From: Candidatus Eiseniibacteriota bacterium
GTDB lineage: Bacteria > Eisenbacteria > RBG-16-71-46
Assembly (NCBI GenBank): GCA_963717505.1
Contig: OY970342.1
Span: forward strand, 1,504,001 to 1,568,000
Direction: 5' to 3'
DNA: 64,000 nucleotides
Shown: piece by piece, positions 26,604 to 38,915 of the stretch
Layout: each line of letters starts with the position of its first letter
How positions within the stretch are numbered: position 1 is the first letter of the stretch
Translations under genes and position numbers: made by a program
Notes under the pieces: model-generated
Database searches by the model: none
What the model was told of the DNA's origin: nothing
What the model saw: the letters and a program-made list of their open reading frames with translations, nothing else

Positions 26604-28328
26604 TTAGAACCGGCGTTCCCGGCGGAGCTGTTCCAGGCTCCTCCGGACTTCGGCCGCGTTCCAGGCCTTCGGATAGCGCGCCAGGCACTCCTCGTACTGG
26701 GCCAGAGCCCGCGGCTCGTCCTTCAGCTTCATGTAAAGATCTCCGGCGCGTTGCCGGGCGACCGGCGCCAGCCGGTCCTCGGGGAGGGAATCGGCCACTG
26801 CCAGCACCGGCACGAGCGCCGCCTTGAACTCGCCGATACGCTCCCGATGGACGCTGACCAGAACCGCGACCTGCGCCCACATCGACCGTCGGGGCAGCTC
26901 GCGGTAGAGCGTTTCGGCGATCGCGAGCGAGCGGTCGTGCTGGCCGCGCCACTCTTCCCACGCCGCGCGCCCGAGCGGGGCGAGTGCCGACTTGGGGTCG
27001 GCGTCCTCGATCAGGAACGACCGCTCGAGGGCAGCGCCCGCGAACGGACTGCGGGGCTCGTTGGCGATCTGCTGATAGACCGTGAGCGCCGAGTCGGCCA
27101 TGCCGGCGTAGAACAGAACCTCGGCGTAGCGATACTGCGCCTCGGCCGAAGTCGCCGAAGCCATCAGCAGTCCCGGCAGCGCCCGTTCGGGTGGCCCGTC
27201 CTTCAGGTCGGCGAGCGAGCGCTCGTAGTCGATCGAACGCTTGAGCGAGGGATCCGACCCACGAGAGTCGAGCAGCGCGCGTGCGTCGTCGGTGCGGCCC
27301 GCCTGACGCAGTCCGCGCGCGACGCCGACCAGCAGCTCGGGATCCCAGCGGGTCGACGGGATGTCGCGCAGCGCCTGCTGCATGCGAATCGCGGCCAGCG
27401 GCTCCCCGGACCGGCGTTGGACCAGAGTCCACGCGCGACGGGCGCCTTGAAGCCGATCGGTCTCGGGCTGGCCGTCGTCGGCGGAGAGTGCGAGCAGCGC
27501 CTCGATCGCGGTGGTGGTGTCGGCGGCGGAACCCATGGCCAGCACGTCATCCGCGAACAGCCAGCGCAGCGAGGGGCGGTACTGGGGGCCGTCGGCGCGC
27601 TCGAGCACCTTGAGCGCTGCGGCCATGTCGCCCGCGACCCACTCGAGCCGCGCGCGACCCCGCTGGAGATCCGACCGCTCGGGCAGCTTGTCGACCGTCT
27701 TGCGCACCGCCTCACGGATGCCCTTGGAGTCGGCTTCCATCAGCCGGCCGAGGCTGGTGATCGCCCAACCCATTTCATAGGGCGAGGCCGCCCACGATTC
27801 GAGCACGATCTGCGCGGCGTCGCGCGGTCGCTCCTGCCGCTCGAGCGCGGTCGCCAGTTCGCGGCTCAACAGCAGCGAGTCCTTGGCCCACGTGCGCTCG
27901 GCGCGACCGAGCTTCTCGACCGCCGACCAATTGCGCTGATCCAGGTAAACGAGCGCCAGCTCGGTAACCACCAGCGGGTGGTGCGGCGCTTCCACGTTGA
28001 GCGACGTCAGGGTGGTCAGCGCCTCTTCGATCATTCGCGCCTGACGGTAGGCCTGCGCCTGACGGAACTTCTGCAGGTGCTTGGGGTCGAGCGCCGGAAT
28101 CTCGCGACGCGGCGGGATCGTGCCCGGCTGGGGCGCGATCGTCACCTGGATCGGGGGGCGCTGAGGATTCGTGGGCGCCGTCTGCGCAGCCGCGAAGTTC
28201 GCCTCGACCACGGACAGGACCAGCGCCAGGACGGCAGGCAATGCGCGCGCGATGTTCCGCGCTGGGGCCACGGAGCCGTTCCGCGCCGCAGCCCGCGCCA
28301 GCCGGACGGCCGCGGCGGCCTGGGTCAT
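26604..28328 (-). CDS. Secreted tetratricopeptide repeat protein
   Basis: Signal peptide and Ala/Leu-rich helical repeats ending in TPR-like ARQRAGDLY...ALAQYEECLARYP. Start overlaps the upstream stop (ATGA). Confidence 0.8.
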   Translation of the reverse strand: MTQAAAAVRLARAAARNGSVAPARNIARALPAVLALVLSVVEANFAAAQTAPTNPQRPPIQVTIAPQPGTIPPRREIPALDPKHLQKFRQAQAYRQARMIEEALTTLTSLNVEAPHHPLVVTELALVYLDQRNWSAVEKLGRAERTWAKDSLLLSRELATALERQERPRDAAQIVLESWAASPYEMGWAITSLGRLMEADSKGIREAVRKTVDKLPERSDLQRGRARLEWVAGDMAAALKVLERADGPQYRPSLRWLFADDVLAMGSAADTTTAIEALLALSADDGQPETDRLQGARRAWTLVQRRSGEPLAAIRMQQALRDIPSTRWDPELLVGVARGLRQAGRTDDARALLDSRGSDPSLKRSIDYERSLADLKDGPPERALPGLLMASATSAEAQYRYAEVLFYAGMADSALTVYQQIANEPRSPFAGAALERSFLIEDADPKSALAPLGRAAWEEWRGQHDRSLAIAETLYRELPRRSMWAQVAVLVSVHRERIGEFKAALVPVLAVADSLPEDRLAPVARQRAGDLYMKLKDEPRALAQYEECLARYPKAWNAAEVRRSLEQLRRERRF

Positions 28329-31300
28329 CGGCGCGTTCCGTTGAGCGATCGCAGATAGGCTTCGATGTAGGAGCGGTACTGAGCCGGGTAGCGGTCGGAC
28401 TCGGCGCGCAGCAGGTCGAGGCGCAGGCGGTCGCTCTCGCGCAGCAGCTCCTCGGGAATCTCGGGCGCCGAGGTCCGCGTGAACTCCTCGCCCGATCGCG
28501 ATTCGCGCTCGGGGTCGAAATCGCGCCGGTTCACCGAACGCTGGGCGTCGAGCAGCCGCGACAGGATGCGCGTCTGCTTCTCCTCGAGGTCGCCGCCGAT
28601 CGAGCCCTGGCGCAGGGCTTCCTCGACTTCCTTCATCTCGCGCTCGGCGGCATCGAGGCGCCCGAGCAGCTCGCGGCGCTCCTGGTCGTCCCGCTGGATC
28701 TGCTGCAGTTGTTCGCGCAGGCGCGACTGTTCCTGGGCCAGGCGTTCCAGCTCGCTCTGGTCGCCGGCGCTCAGCCGCATCTGCTGGGACAAGCGCTGGG
28801 CGAGACTCCTCGAGCGCTGATTGAGCTGCTGCTGCTGCTGGCCGACATCGGCCATGCGTTGTCCGGTGCCCTGCTGCTGGCCCTCGCCTTGCCCCGGCAT
28901 CTTGCACATCGACTGCTCCGCCGCGCGCAGCTCGAGCACTGCCTGGTTCAGGGCCGAACCGGCTTCCTGGCCGAGCTGGTCGCCGCGGGCGCGGTTGCCG
29001 GCGCCAAAATCCTTGCCCGACTGCGAGAGTTGATTCATGGCGCGACCGAGCGCTTCGCCGAGTTCCGGGCTCAGGAACGGGTTGCTCTCCGACAGGGTCG
29101 TCAGCGAATCCGCCACCCGCGCGACCCCTTCGGACAGATCGGTCTGGCGATTTGCGCGCTGGCTCATGGCCTGCTGGTCCTTGAGGTTCTCCTCGGACTC
29201 GCGCTGGAGCGACACCAGATCCTGCGCCGCGCGCCGGATGGCGGCGGTGTCGAGCTGCTGACGCTGCGCCTGGGACTGCGCGGTCAGGCTGCGCATGCGC
29301 TGGGCCGCCTTCTGCAGGCCCTTGCTCGCCTGCTGGCCCTTTTGCAGCGCATTCGACGCTTCCTGCTTGCGCGCCGACTCCGCCGACTCGTGTTGCGGCT
29401 GGGCCGCTTCCTGCTCGAGCTGCTCGGCGGTCTCCTTCATCTCCTGCTCGCTGCCGCCCTCACCGCTCTCCCCGGCCTGCTGCTCGACGTCCTTGGCCAA
29501 CTGCTCGGTCTCGCGCGCCGCCTCTTCCTGTCGCTCGGCGAGCTTGCCGGCCTCTTCCGATTCCTTCGACGAGTCCTGGCCCTTGGCGTCTTCCGGCGTG
29601 TTCTTCGCGGCCTGCTCGCGCGCTTCGTGCTCGCGATTGAGCTGGTCCTGCATCGCCTTCAGCTCCTCGGCGCGCTGAGCGAGCGCCTGGAGTTGTTCCT
29701 CCTCGCGCAGCTGCTTGAGCAGCTCGATCGTGCGCTCGAGGTTCTTGATCATCTCCTGGTTTTCCTGGCGCCACTGCGGGAGCTGATTCTCGAGGGCCTG
29801 GCGATCCATTTTTTCGAGGGCTTCCTGCATGCGTTTCATCGCATCGCGGAACTCCTTCGACTGGACCTGGTCCATCAACTGCGCCATCTCGCGCAGGCGC
29901 TCGGCCAACTCCTCGTTGAAGGCGTCGCGCTCCTCGGCCTTGGCCATGCTCTCGCGCAGCTCGTGCGAGGCGTCTTCGAGCTGCTTGGCCAGCTCCTGCT
30001 GGCGCTCGAGCGAGCTCTTGAGCTCCTCGCTGCGCTCGAACGCCGGCTGCTGGGGGGCGGCGCGCTGCGGGCGCTGGCGGCTCAGCTGGTCGAGCGACTT
30101 CTGCAGCTCGCGCGACTGGTCGGCCACCTTTTCGAGCGACTTCTGCACCCGGCCCTGCGATTGATCGATGTCGTCGTACAGCTCGGCCAGCGACGGGAAG
30201 CGCAGCTCGAAGGTCGGGCTCTCGGCGCGGCCACGGCCGCCGATCGCGTTGTCGTCGAACAGCACGAAGCGGAACACCGCGCTCTGTCCGGGGAGGAGTC
30301 CGAGCGGCGAGGCGTCCCAGCGGGCGCGGACTTCGGCCTCGCGCGGACGCGCGGGGAAGCCGGCGAGCGGAACCTCGGCCCACGGCTCGGACGGGTCGCG
30401 ACGGAACTCGAGCCTGAGCTCGGTCAAGCCGAGATCGTCCTGGCCGACCAGCTCGACCGGGATCTGCTGGCCGGCCGGCAGGTCGACGTCGCCGGTCGGC
30501 ACGCGCACCGCGAGCACCGGCGGCGCATCGCCGAGCGCCGAGATCCGGTAGCGGAAACGTCCCTCGCCCTGATTCGCGACCGCGTGCAGCTCGTACTCGC
30601 CGTTCGCCGTCACCGGCAGCTCGCCTTGCCAGCGGCGCGCGGTCAGCGCGCTCCATGCGGCCGGCGCTCCAGCGCCGGTCGTCGCCTCGAGACTCTGGAG
30701 GTCGCGATCGAAGGTCACCGCGACCCGCGCGCGCGAGCCGCGCAACGCGGCGAGATCACCTCGCAACGCCGAGCCGCGCTGAACCGGGAGGCGGGCGTAG
30801 GCCGGCGCCTGGTACTCGACTTCGAAGCTGACCGGCACCGGTTCGCCGGCCATCGCGATGTGGTAGCGCGGACTCTCGGTCGAGGCGACGCGCACCGAGT
30901 AGTCCTCTTCGCGCGTGAGCTGCGCCAGGTCGAAGCGCCACAGGCGTCCCGCGGCCGACTGCCCGTCGGCGACGCCTTCGACCGCAGTACCGTGCGTGCG
31001 CGACAGACGCGGACGCCGGTCGCTGCCGTTGACCCGCGCGTACACCGCGAGAGAAGCGCCCGGCGTCACCTTCACCGAACCGGGCTCGACGCTGAGTGTC
31101 ACCGGCGGTGCGGCAAGCTCGGGATTCCACAGGGTTCGCCACGAGCGTTCGAAGCGCTGAGGCGCGATCACTGCCGCGACCGCCAGCACCGCGAGGCAGC
31201 CGAGCACCACCGCGGCGGGTCTTCCCGGTCGAATGGCGGGCCTGAGGCCCGCGAACGGCAGACGATCGACTCGGCGTGCGGTTTCGTCGAGCACGGCGTC

Positions 31301-31678
31301 TGCGAGCTGCGTCGAGGTCCCTCGCGCCTCGCCCGAGGCAGCGTCGAAGTCGACGGCGTTGCGCAGCCAGGAGCGCAGCTCGGGGAAGTGCTTCTCGGCG
31401 GCTTCGAGGAACACGTCGTAGCGCGGAGCGCGACGCAGGAAACGCCGAACCGCCCAGACCAACACGAAGAGCAGCGCCGCACCGAGGAAGGTAACCCGCA
31501 ACCACGCCGCGCCGACCCCGAGTGTCGCGAGCACACCCGCCAACGTCGCCAGCGTTAGAGGAACCGCGGCCAGCGCCGCGCCGCGCACTCCGGCATACCA
31601 CGCATGGGCGCGGCGGACGACACGGTGGTGCCGATCGAGGACCTTCCGAATCGAGCCCTGGGGCGCGCGGTCGTTCAT
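28325..31678 (-). CDS. DUF4175-like membrane protein with Ig-like domains and a long Gln/Glu coiled coil
   Basis: Three N-terminal TMs, Y-x-x-PAY, DAPP, DDLGL, long coiled coil, RILSRLLDA and C-terminal YPAQYRSYIEAY. Confidence 0.8.
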   Translation of the reverse strand: MNDRAPQGSIRKVLDRHHRVVRRAHAWYAGVRGAALAAVPLTLATLAGVLATLGVGAAWLRVTFLGAALLFVLVWAVRRFLRRAPRYDVFLEAAEKHFPELRSWLRNAVDFDAASGEARGTSTQLADAVLDETARRVDRLPFAGLRPAIRPGRPAAVVLGCLAVLAVAAVIAPQRFERSWRTLWNPELAAPPVTLSVEPGSVKVTPGASLAVYARVNGSDRRPRLSRTHGTAVEGVADGQSAAGRLWRFDLAQLTREEDYSVRVASTESPRYHIAMAGEPVPVSFEVEYQAPAYARLPVQRGSALRGDLAALRGSRARVAVTFDRDLQSLEATTGAGAPAAWSALTARRWQGELPVTANGEYELHAVANQGEGRFRYRISALGDAPPVLAVRVPTGDVDLPAGQQIPVELVGQDDLGLTELRLEFRRDPSEPWAEVPLAGFPARPREAEVRARWDASPLGLLPGQSAVFRFVLFDDNAIGGRGRAESPTFELRFPSLAELYDDIDQSQGRVQKSLEKVADQSRELQKSLDQLSRQRPQRAAPQQPAFERSEELKSSLERQQELAKQLEDASHELRESMAKAEERDAFNEELAERLREMAQLMDQVQSKEFRDAMKRMQEALEKMDRQALENQLPQWRQENQEMIKNLERTIELLKQLREEEQLQALAQRAEELKAMQDQLNREHEAREQAAKNTPEDAKGQDSSKESEEAGKLAERQEEAARETEQLAKDVEQQAGESGEGGSEQEMKETAEQLEQEAAQPQHESAESARKQEASNALQKGQQASKGLQKAAQRMRSLTAQSQAQRQQLDTAAIRRAAQDLVSLQRESEENLKDQQAMSQRANRQTDLSEGVARVADSLTTLSESNPFLSPELGEALGRAMNQLSQSGKDFGAGNRARGDQLGQEAGSALNQAVLELRAAEQSMCKMPGQGEGQQQGTGQRMADVGQQQQQLNQRSRSLAQRLSQQMRLSAGDQSELERLAQEQSRLREQLQQIQRDDQERRELLGRLDAAEREMKEVEEALRQGSIGGDLEEKQTRILSRLLDAQRSVNRRDFDPERESRSGEEFTRTSAPEIPEELLRESDRLRLDLLRAESDRYPAQYRSYIEAYLRSLNGTRR

Positions 31679-31738
31679 GTGCGTTCTCGGCCCGGTCGGT
31701 GTCGAATCGCGCCGCGTTCCGAGCAGCACGGCTCGTCG

Positions 31739-32446
31739 TCAGTTCGTGAGCGCGTGCTGGACGATGTTGAGCGCCATGCGCATCGCGGCGTCACGTTTTT
31801 CGGGCGGGTCGTGGTGGACCTCCTCGTCCTCGAGGCCGTCCCCCAGATCCGTGTCGAACGTAAAGAGTACTGCCAGCCTTCCATCCCAGACAATGCCAAA
31901 CGCTTTGGGAGCGCCGCCGCTGTGCTCGTGGATCTTGGGCAACCCCTGGGGGAATTCGTAAAGGGCGTGAAAAATAGGATGCGAGAACGGCAGCTCGACC
32001 AGTGCCACTTCCGGGAAGACGCGCTGCATTTCGCGCCGAAACGAAGCCTCGATGCCGAAGTCGTCGTCGACCCACAGGAAGCCTCCCGTGGTCAGGTATC
32101 GGCGGAGATTCACGACTTCGGCACCGGTGAACTTGATGTTGCCATGACCGCAAGCGAAGACCATCGGGTACTGGAACAGTGCCGCCGAGCCGGGTTCGAC
32201 GATCGCCTCACGCTCGCCCGCCACCGGGATTCCGGCGCGCTCGCGGGCCCCGCGCATCAGGTTCACGAGCGAGGTGCGGTCCTCGTACCAGTCGCCGCCG
32301 CCGCCGTATTTGAGCCGGGCGATGCCGAATTCGCGAGCGCCGGGAGGCACCAGGCTCTGGGCCAGCCCGGGGGTGGCGAGCAGGAGCACCGCGCCCAGGG
32401 CGCCAAGGGTCCCGAATCGAATCGCCAGCCGACGATGAGTTTTCAT
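31739..32446 (-). CDS. DUF4159 domain-containing protein
   Basis: Signal peptide, IARLKYGGGGDWY, GHGN, GGFLWVDD, LPKIHEH and DTDLGDG motifs. Confidence 0.88.
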   Translation of the reverse strand: MKTHRRLAIRFGTLGALGAVLLLATPGLAQSLVPPGAREFGIARLKYGGGGDWYEDRTSLVNLMRGARERAGIPVAGEREAIVEPGSAALFQYPMVFACGHGNIKFTGAEVVNLRRYLTTGGFLWVDDDFGIEASFRREMQRVFPEVALVELPFSHPIFHALYEFPQGLPKIHEHSGGAPKAFGIVWDGRLAVLFTFDTDLGDGLEDEEVHHDPPEKRDAAMRMALNIVQHALTN

Positions 32447-32544
32447 GGTATGGGATTGGACGCACGCAACGTGCCCGAAAGGTCCAGTCGCGGCAAGAAG
32501 GTCGGGACGGACGCGGGAAACGACGGGCCGAGGGCCGCCGTGGT

Positions 32545-33537
32545 TCAGCGTGAAGCGGTCGCGCGGCCTGGGCGAAAGATGATGCGCGGACGCGGCAGGA
32601 TCGCTCCGCCCGAGGCGTAGACCTCGTAGAAGCCGTCGCCTTGAACCACCGCGGAGTCACCGACGCTCGCGGCGATCAGGTTCCCTGCGGCGTCGAGCGC
32701 CGTGACCCGGAAGAGGTATTGGCCGGGAGTCATGTCCTTATTGGTCAGCACGGTGCCGTTGAACGGCTGGCTGCGGCCGACGGTGTCCGGCTGGGTGGAA
32801 ATCCCCAGGAAGAAGTCGCGCGATTGCCCGACGTAGACCGGAATCGGCGCGGAAGCCAGGACCCGCTCCATGGGCGTCGACTGGCTGAACTGGAGGATGT
32901 GCGCGATGTAGAGCTGTGCACCCGGAACCGGATTCCAGATGGCCGTGGTGTCGGTCGGGAAACTCAGGGTGATTGCGCCGATCGGCGGCTGGCCGAACAT
33001 CGCGGTGTTGGACAGGGGAGACTGGGCGGTGGGCGCGCCACCGATCAAGCCGCGTGCGATGTACTCGACGGCGGCACCCGGAGCAGCTTCGTCGACGAAC
33101 TGAAAGATGTCGCCATGGCCGTCGAGCCAGCGTTCGCGTGGCACCAGCGGGAAGTCGAGAAACTCCAGCAGGCCGCCACTGGGTTCGCGGCGCATGATCT
33201 CGAAGGCGTTCGCCTTCGTACCGTCGAGGATGATGCCATTGCGGGTCCCCGGCGGCCGGCGCGAGTAGCGAACCGGACCGATCAGCACGTCGCTGGGGTC
33301 GGGGCCGAACGGCGGATTGTCCGTGTACTGGAGCGTCACGGCTTCCTGCTCGGGCCACATCATGAGGTGAGCCGTGGTGTCGGGGACGCCCTCGGCGTTC
33401 GAGTAGCTGGCGTCGACCGCGGTCGGCTTGCGCGCGCAGCCGGTCGCCAGCAGTCCCCCCAGGAGGCCAACGAGTCCAACGAGCAGCAGGCCGGCGAACC
33501 CCAGGGGTCGATCGGGGGCGGAGGTTCGGAACCTCAT
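32545..33537 (-). CDS. Hypothetical lipoprotein
   Basis: Hydrophobic signal ending in lipobox LATG-C. Beta-rich mature part. ATG overlaps the secF stop. Confidence 0.7.
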   Translation of the reverse strand: MRFRTSAPDRPLGFAGLLLVGLVGLLGGLLATGCARKPTAVDASYSNAEGVPDTTAHLMMWPEQEAVTLQYTDNPPFGPDPSDVLIGPVRYSRRPPGTRNGIILDGTKANAFEIMRREPSGGLLEFLDFPLVPRERWLDGHGDIFQFVDEAAPGAAVEYIARGLIGGAPTAQSPLSNTAMFGQPPIGAITLSFPTDTTAIWNPVPGAQLYIAHILQFSQSTPMERVLASAPIPVYVGQSRDFFLGISTQPDTVGRSQPFNGTVLTNKDMTPGQYLFRVTALDAAGNLIAASVGDSAVVQGDGFYEVYASGGAILPRPRIIFRPGRATASR

Positions 33538-34454
33538 TCGGCCGGAACTCCCTTGCGGCGGTCGATGCCGATCCAGATGTCGAGCGCGAGAGCGCTCGCC
33601 AGGTAGATCGACGAATAGGTGCCGAGCAGCATGCCGACCACGGTCGCGAGCGAGAAGTCGCGGAGCACGTCGCCGCCCCAGATCAGCAGTGCGACCGCGC
33701 TCAGCATCACGGTGATGTTGGTGATGATCGTGCGCGACAGGGTCTCGTTGACCGCGATGTCCATGGTGCGGCTGTGGGTCTCGTGGCGCAGCGCCTTGGA
33801 TCGCTCCCGGATCCGGTCGAACACGACGACCTTGTCGTTGATCGAGAACCCGGCGATCGTCAACAGGGCCGCGATGACCGTCAGCGAGATTTCGCGATTC
33901 GCGAAGCACAGGATGCCGAAGGTCACGAACACGTCGTGGAACAGCGCGACCACCGCGCCCAGCGCGAACTTGAACTCGTAGCGGAACCCGACGTAGAGCA
34001 GGATGCCGCCCAGGCTGCCCAGGATCGCCAATACCGCCTTCTCGCGCAGCTCGCTGCCGATCTTGGGGCCGACGACCTCGGTCCGGCGCAGCTCGACCTT
34101 GGTGTTGGGCACGCTCGACTCGATCGCCTGCTGGACGCGGGTGAACGGGTCGCCTTCGGAGTTCTCGGTCCGGAGCCGCAGCATGTACTCATCGCGGTTC
34201 TCGCCGGTCATCTGCTGCAGTTCGACGCCGGTCATGCCGGCGGTCTCGAGCGCGTTCCGCACCTGGTCGGCGGCGACCACCGGACTGGTACGAATCTGAA
34301 GCAGCGTGCCGCCGGCGAAGTCGACGCCATAGCGCGGGCCGCCGCGGACCACCAGCCAGCCGGTGGTGGCGACGACACCGATAATCGACAGGACGTAGGC
34401 GACCCGCCGGTATTTCATGAACGGGAAGTTCGTGCCGACCAGCAGTTGCAGCAT
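33534..34454 (-). CDS. secF: Protein translocase subunit SecF
   Basis: GVDFAGG, VGPKIG, ALFHDV, GFSINDKVVVFDRIRE and TLSRTI motifs. Confidence 0.96.
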   Translation of the reverse strand: MLQLLVGTNFPFMKYRRVAYVLSIIGVVATTGWLVVRGGPRYGVDFAGGTLLQIRTSPVVAADQVRNALETAGMTGVELQQMTGENRDEYMLRLRTENSEGDPFTRVQQAIESSVPNTKVELRRTEVVGPKIGSELREKAVLAILGSLGGILLYVGFRYEFKFALGAVVALFHDVFVTFGILCFANREISLTVIAALLTIAGFSINDKVVVFDRIRERSKALRHETHSRTMDIAVNETLSRTIITNITVMLSAVALLIWGGDVLRDFSLATVVGMLLGTYSSIYLASALALDIWIGIDRRKGVPAE

Positions 34455-34467
34455 CAGGCGGGTCCTC

Positions 34468-36024
<1,557 letters not shown>

Positions 36025-36101
36025 GGCGCTCCGTATTCGAGGTCAGTCGGAAGGAATGCGGCAGACGCGGCTAAGATGTTGCAGGGCAAAAAGAGGCGGG
36101 C

Positions 36102-36130
36102 AGTGTACGGAGCAGCGCGCGGGGTGTCAA
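36102..36130 (-). promoter_or_regulatory. Sigma70-type promoter of the secD operon
   Basis: TTGACA-17 nt-TACACT. Confidence 0.8.
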
Positions 36131-36455
36131 CGCCCGGCCAACCCGGGATAAGCGCGGCCCTCGCGTCGCCGATCCAGGGGGCCGGGACAGGGGCCGGTTG
36201 GCGGCCGGCCCCGAAGAGGTGCTTCGTCTTGGAACCCTAGGAGGGTCGGGGTGAGGCGGATGCGGCGGATTGTTGGGCAGGATCCCGGTGCTCGGCCGTC
36301 GAATGCAGATCACGTTCCAAAGGTCGCGCCTCGATGGGAGAACCACTTACGGCGTCCAACCCGACCACGGCGCGTCACGGGTGTCCACGACGTGGACGAT
36401 TGGGGCAACCCTCGGCCATAGGGTCGCCAGGGCCAAGCCTCACTGCGACTGAAGT

Positions 36456-36484
36456 TTGACGAACGCAGGACCCGTAACTATAGT
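36456..36484 (+). promoter_or_regulatory. Sigma70-type promoter for the beta-barrel gene and guaB
   Basis: TTGACG-17 nt-TATAGT. Confidence 0.8.
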
Positions 36485-36547
36485 GCCGCGCTCACACCGC
36501 ACCGGGCTCGCCGATTCTTCCGATCCGGCAGAGGAGTTCCCCAAAGA

Positions 36548-37330
36548 ATGGTTGCTCGAAAGAGCGGGTCGAGCAGCGCCATTGCGGCGGTGCTCGCCGC
36601 GGTCGTGTCGCTGGTCGCTTCCCTTCCATGTCACGCTCAGGATCCCACCACCCCGACGGGCGGAGCACCGATTCCACCTGCCGAGGGCGCACTTCCCGGC
36701 CGCGGCGGAATCGGAGGCCAGGTCGGCGCCGGCTCGGTCGTTGCCGAGGGCGATTACTCTGCGGGCGCGGCCACGCGCTTCTCCTTCTCCGGCCACTGGC
36801 GCTACGTCATGGCATCCTGGATTCGCTGGCAGATCAGCCCGGGCTTCTTGTGGGCTGGCTACGAGGAAAAGGAGCCGGCGCCGTTTCGGGACTTGAACTT
36901 CCCCGACGACAGCACTAAGAGCGAGTATCTGACCTTGATGGTGCCGGTGTCGGCGCAGATCCAGCTCACGATGCGACGGGGGGCGTGGTTGTACTACGTC
37001 GGAGCCGGCCCCGGAGCCTATCAAGTGTGGATCGAGAACCGCCGCAAGGTGCTCAAGGATCCGGCGAGCTACAAGCTGCACAGCGGCATCTATCCAGGAG
37101 CATCGTTCCAGATCGGCGCCGAGCGCTTCCTCAAGGGGTTGCCTTCGACCAGCATCGAAGCCTCGCTCGACGGTCACTATGTGCTCGCCGAGGACGACGA
37201 GAAGTTTCCATCGGGATGGAACAACAAGCTGACCGCCATCGGCCTGAGGGTCGGTGGCAACTACTATTTCGGCCTGGATCGCGGCCGGAAGCCGGACGCC
37301 GGGGTTCCCGAGGGACCGCCCGGGCCTTGA
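36548..37330 (+). CDS. Putative outer-membrane beta-barrel protein
   Basis: Signal peptide (CHA-Q), amphipathic strands, [10 protein letters not shown] and [10 protein letters not shown]. Confidence 0.7.
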   Translation: MVARKSGSSSAIAAVLAAVVSLVASLPCHAQDPTTPTGGAPIPPAEGALPGRGGIGGQVGAGSVVAEGDYSAGAATRFSFSGHWRYVMASWIRWQISPGFLWAGYEEKEPAPFRDLNFPDDSTKSEYLTLMVPVSAQIQLTMRRGAWLYYVGAGPGAYQVWIENRRKVLKDPASYKLHSGIYPGASFQIGAERFLKGLPSTSIEASLDGHYVLAEDDEKFPSGWNNKLTAIGLRVGGNYYFGLDRGRKPDAGVPEGPPGP

Positions 37331-37376
37331 GCACGCGTCCGGTCCCGCGGTCCGCTCTCGCCCCAGGGGGGAGACC

Positions 37377-38864
37377 GTGACGGATCGGGTGATCTGGGAT
37401 CGCAAGGTCGGCCCCGAGGCCCTGACCTTCGACGACGTTCTTTTGGTTCCACGCCTCGCCGAGGTCCATCCGCGCGAAGTCAGCGTGACCTCGCGTTTCA
37501 CGCGCGGGATCTCGATCAACGTGCCGATTCTGAGCGCGGCGATGGACACGGTCACCGAGAGCGCGCTGGCCATCGCGCTCGCCCGCGAGGGCGGGATCGG
37601 CGTGATCCACAAGAACATGTCGATCGCGGCGCAGGCCGAGCAGGTGGATCGGGTCAAGCGCTCCGAGAGCGGCATGATCGTCGACCCGGTGACGCTGCCG
37701 CCGACCGCGACCGTGTCCGAAGCCCACGACGTCTGCGCCCGCTTCCACATCTCGGGCGTGCCGATCACCGAGAACGGTCGCCTGGTCGGAATCCTGACCA
37801 ATCGCGATCTGCGCTTCGAGGACGATCACCGGCGCCGCGTTTCCGAGGTCATGACCCGCGAGCGCCTGATCACCGCCCCGGTCGGCACCACACTCGCACA
37901 AGCGCGGGAAATCCTGGCCCGGCACCGCATCGAGAAGCTGCCGGTGGTCGACGAGTCGGGAATGCTGCGCGGGCTGATCACGGTCAAGGACATCGAGAAG
38001 CGCATCCGCCATCCGCACGCTTGCAAGGACTCGCTCGGCCGACTGCGGGTCGCCGCCGCCATCGGCGCGGGCGACGACTACCTCGAGCGCGCCGCCGAAC
38101 TGATCGAAGCCGGCGCCGACGCGCTGGTGGTCGACAGCGCGCATGCGCACTCGCGGGGCGTGCTCGACGCGATCACGGAATTCCGGCGCCGCTTCCCCGA
38201 CTTCCAGCTGGTCGCGGGCAACGTCGGCACCGGCGAGGGTGCGGCCGCGGTGGCCGACGCGGGCGCCGACGCGGTCAAGGTCGGCATGGGCCCGGGCGCG
38301 ATCTGCACCACGCGGGTGGTGACCGGCGCCGGCGCCGCCCAGATCACGGCGGTGCTCGAAGCCGCACGCGCCCTCGACGGCCGGGACGTGCCGATCATCG
38401 CCGACGGCGGCATCAAGTACACCGGCGACGTCGTGAAGGCGCTGGCCGCGGGTGCTCACTCGGTGATGATCGGCAGCCTGTTCGCGGGAGTCGAAGAGAG
38501 CCCGGGCGAGCTGGTGCTGCTCGAAGGGCGATCGTTCAAGGTCTATCGCGGCATGGGCTCGTTGTCGGCGATGGCCTCGGCGCGCGGCAGTCGCGAGCGC
38601 TACTTCCAGGAGGGCGGCGAGGAGCTGTCGAAGCTCGTGCCCGAGGGGATCGAGGGCCGCGTGCCGTTCAAGGGACCGCTCTCCCAGTCGGTGTTCCAGA
38701 TGGTCGGCGGCCTGCGCGCCGGCATGGGCTACTGCGGTGTGCAGACGATCGAGGAGCTGAGGACGCAGACCCAGTTCAAGCGAATCAGCTCGGCGGGGCT
38801 GCGCGAGAGCCACCCGCACGACATCACGATCACGCAGGAAGCGCCGAACTACGAGATTCGCTGA
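37377..38864 (+). CDS. guaB: IMP dehydrogenase (with CBS pair)
   Basis: [16 protein letters not shown], catalytic Cys in [20 protein letters not shown] and ESHPHD motifs. GTG start after GGAG. Confidence 0.97.
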   Translation: MTDRVIWDRKVGPEALTFDDVLLVPRLAEVHPREVSVTSRFTRGISINVPILSAAMDTVTESALAIALAREGGIGVIHKNMSIAAQAEQVDRVKRSESGMIVDPVTLPPTATVSEAHDVCARFHISGVPITENGRLVGILTNRDLRFEDDHRRRVSEVMTRERLITAPVGTTLAQAREILARHRIEKLPVVDESGMLRGLITVKDIEKRIRHPHACKDSLGRLRVAAAIGAGDDYLERAAELIEAGADALVVDSAHAHSRGVLDAITEFRRRFPDFQLVAGNVGTGEGAAAVADAGADAVKVGMGPGAICTTRVVTGAGAAQITAVLEAARALDGRDVPIIADGGIKYTGDVVKALAAGAHSVMIGSLFAGVEESPGELVLLEGRSFKVYRGMGSLSAMASARGSRERYFQEGGEELSKLVPEGIEGRVPFKGPLSQSVFQMVGGLRAGMGYCGVQTIEELRTQTQFKRISSAGLRESHPHDITITQEAPNYEIR

Positions 38865-38915
38865 GTCGTTCGTGGTGATGCGCGCGACACAGGCCCGTCA
38901 CGCGAAGCCCCCGCT

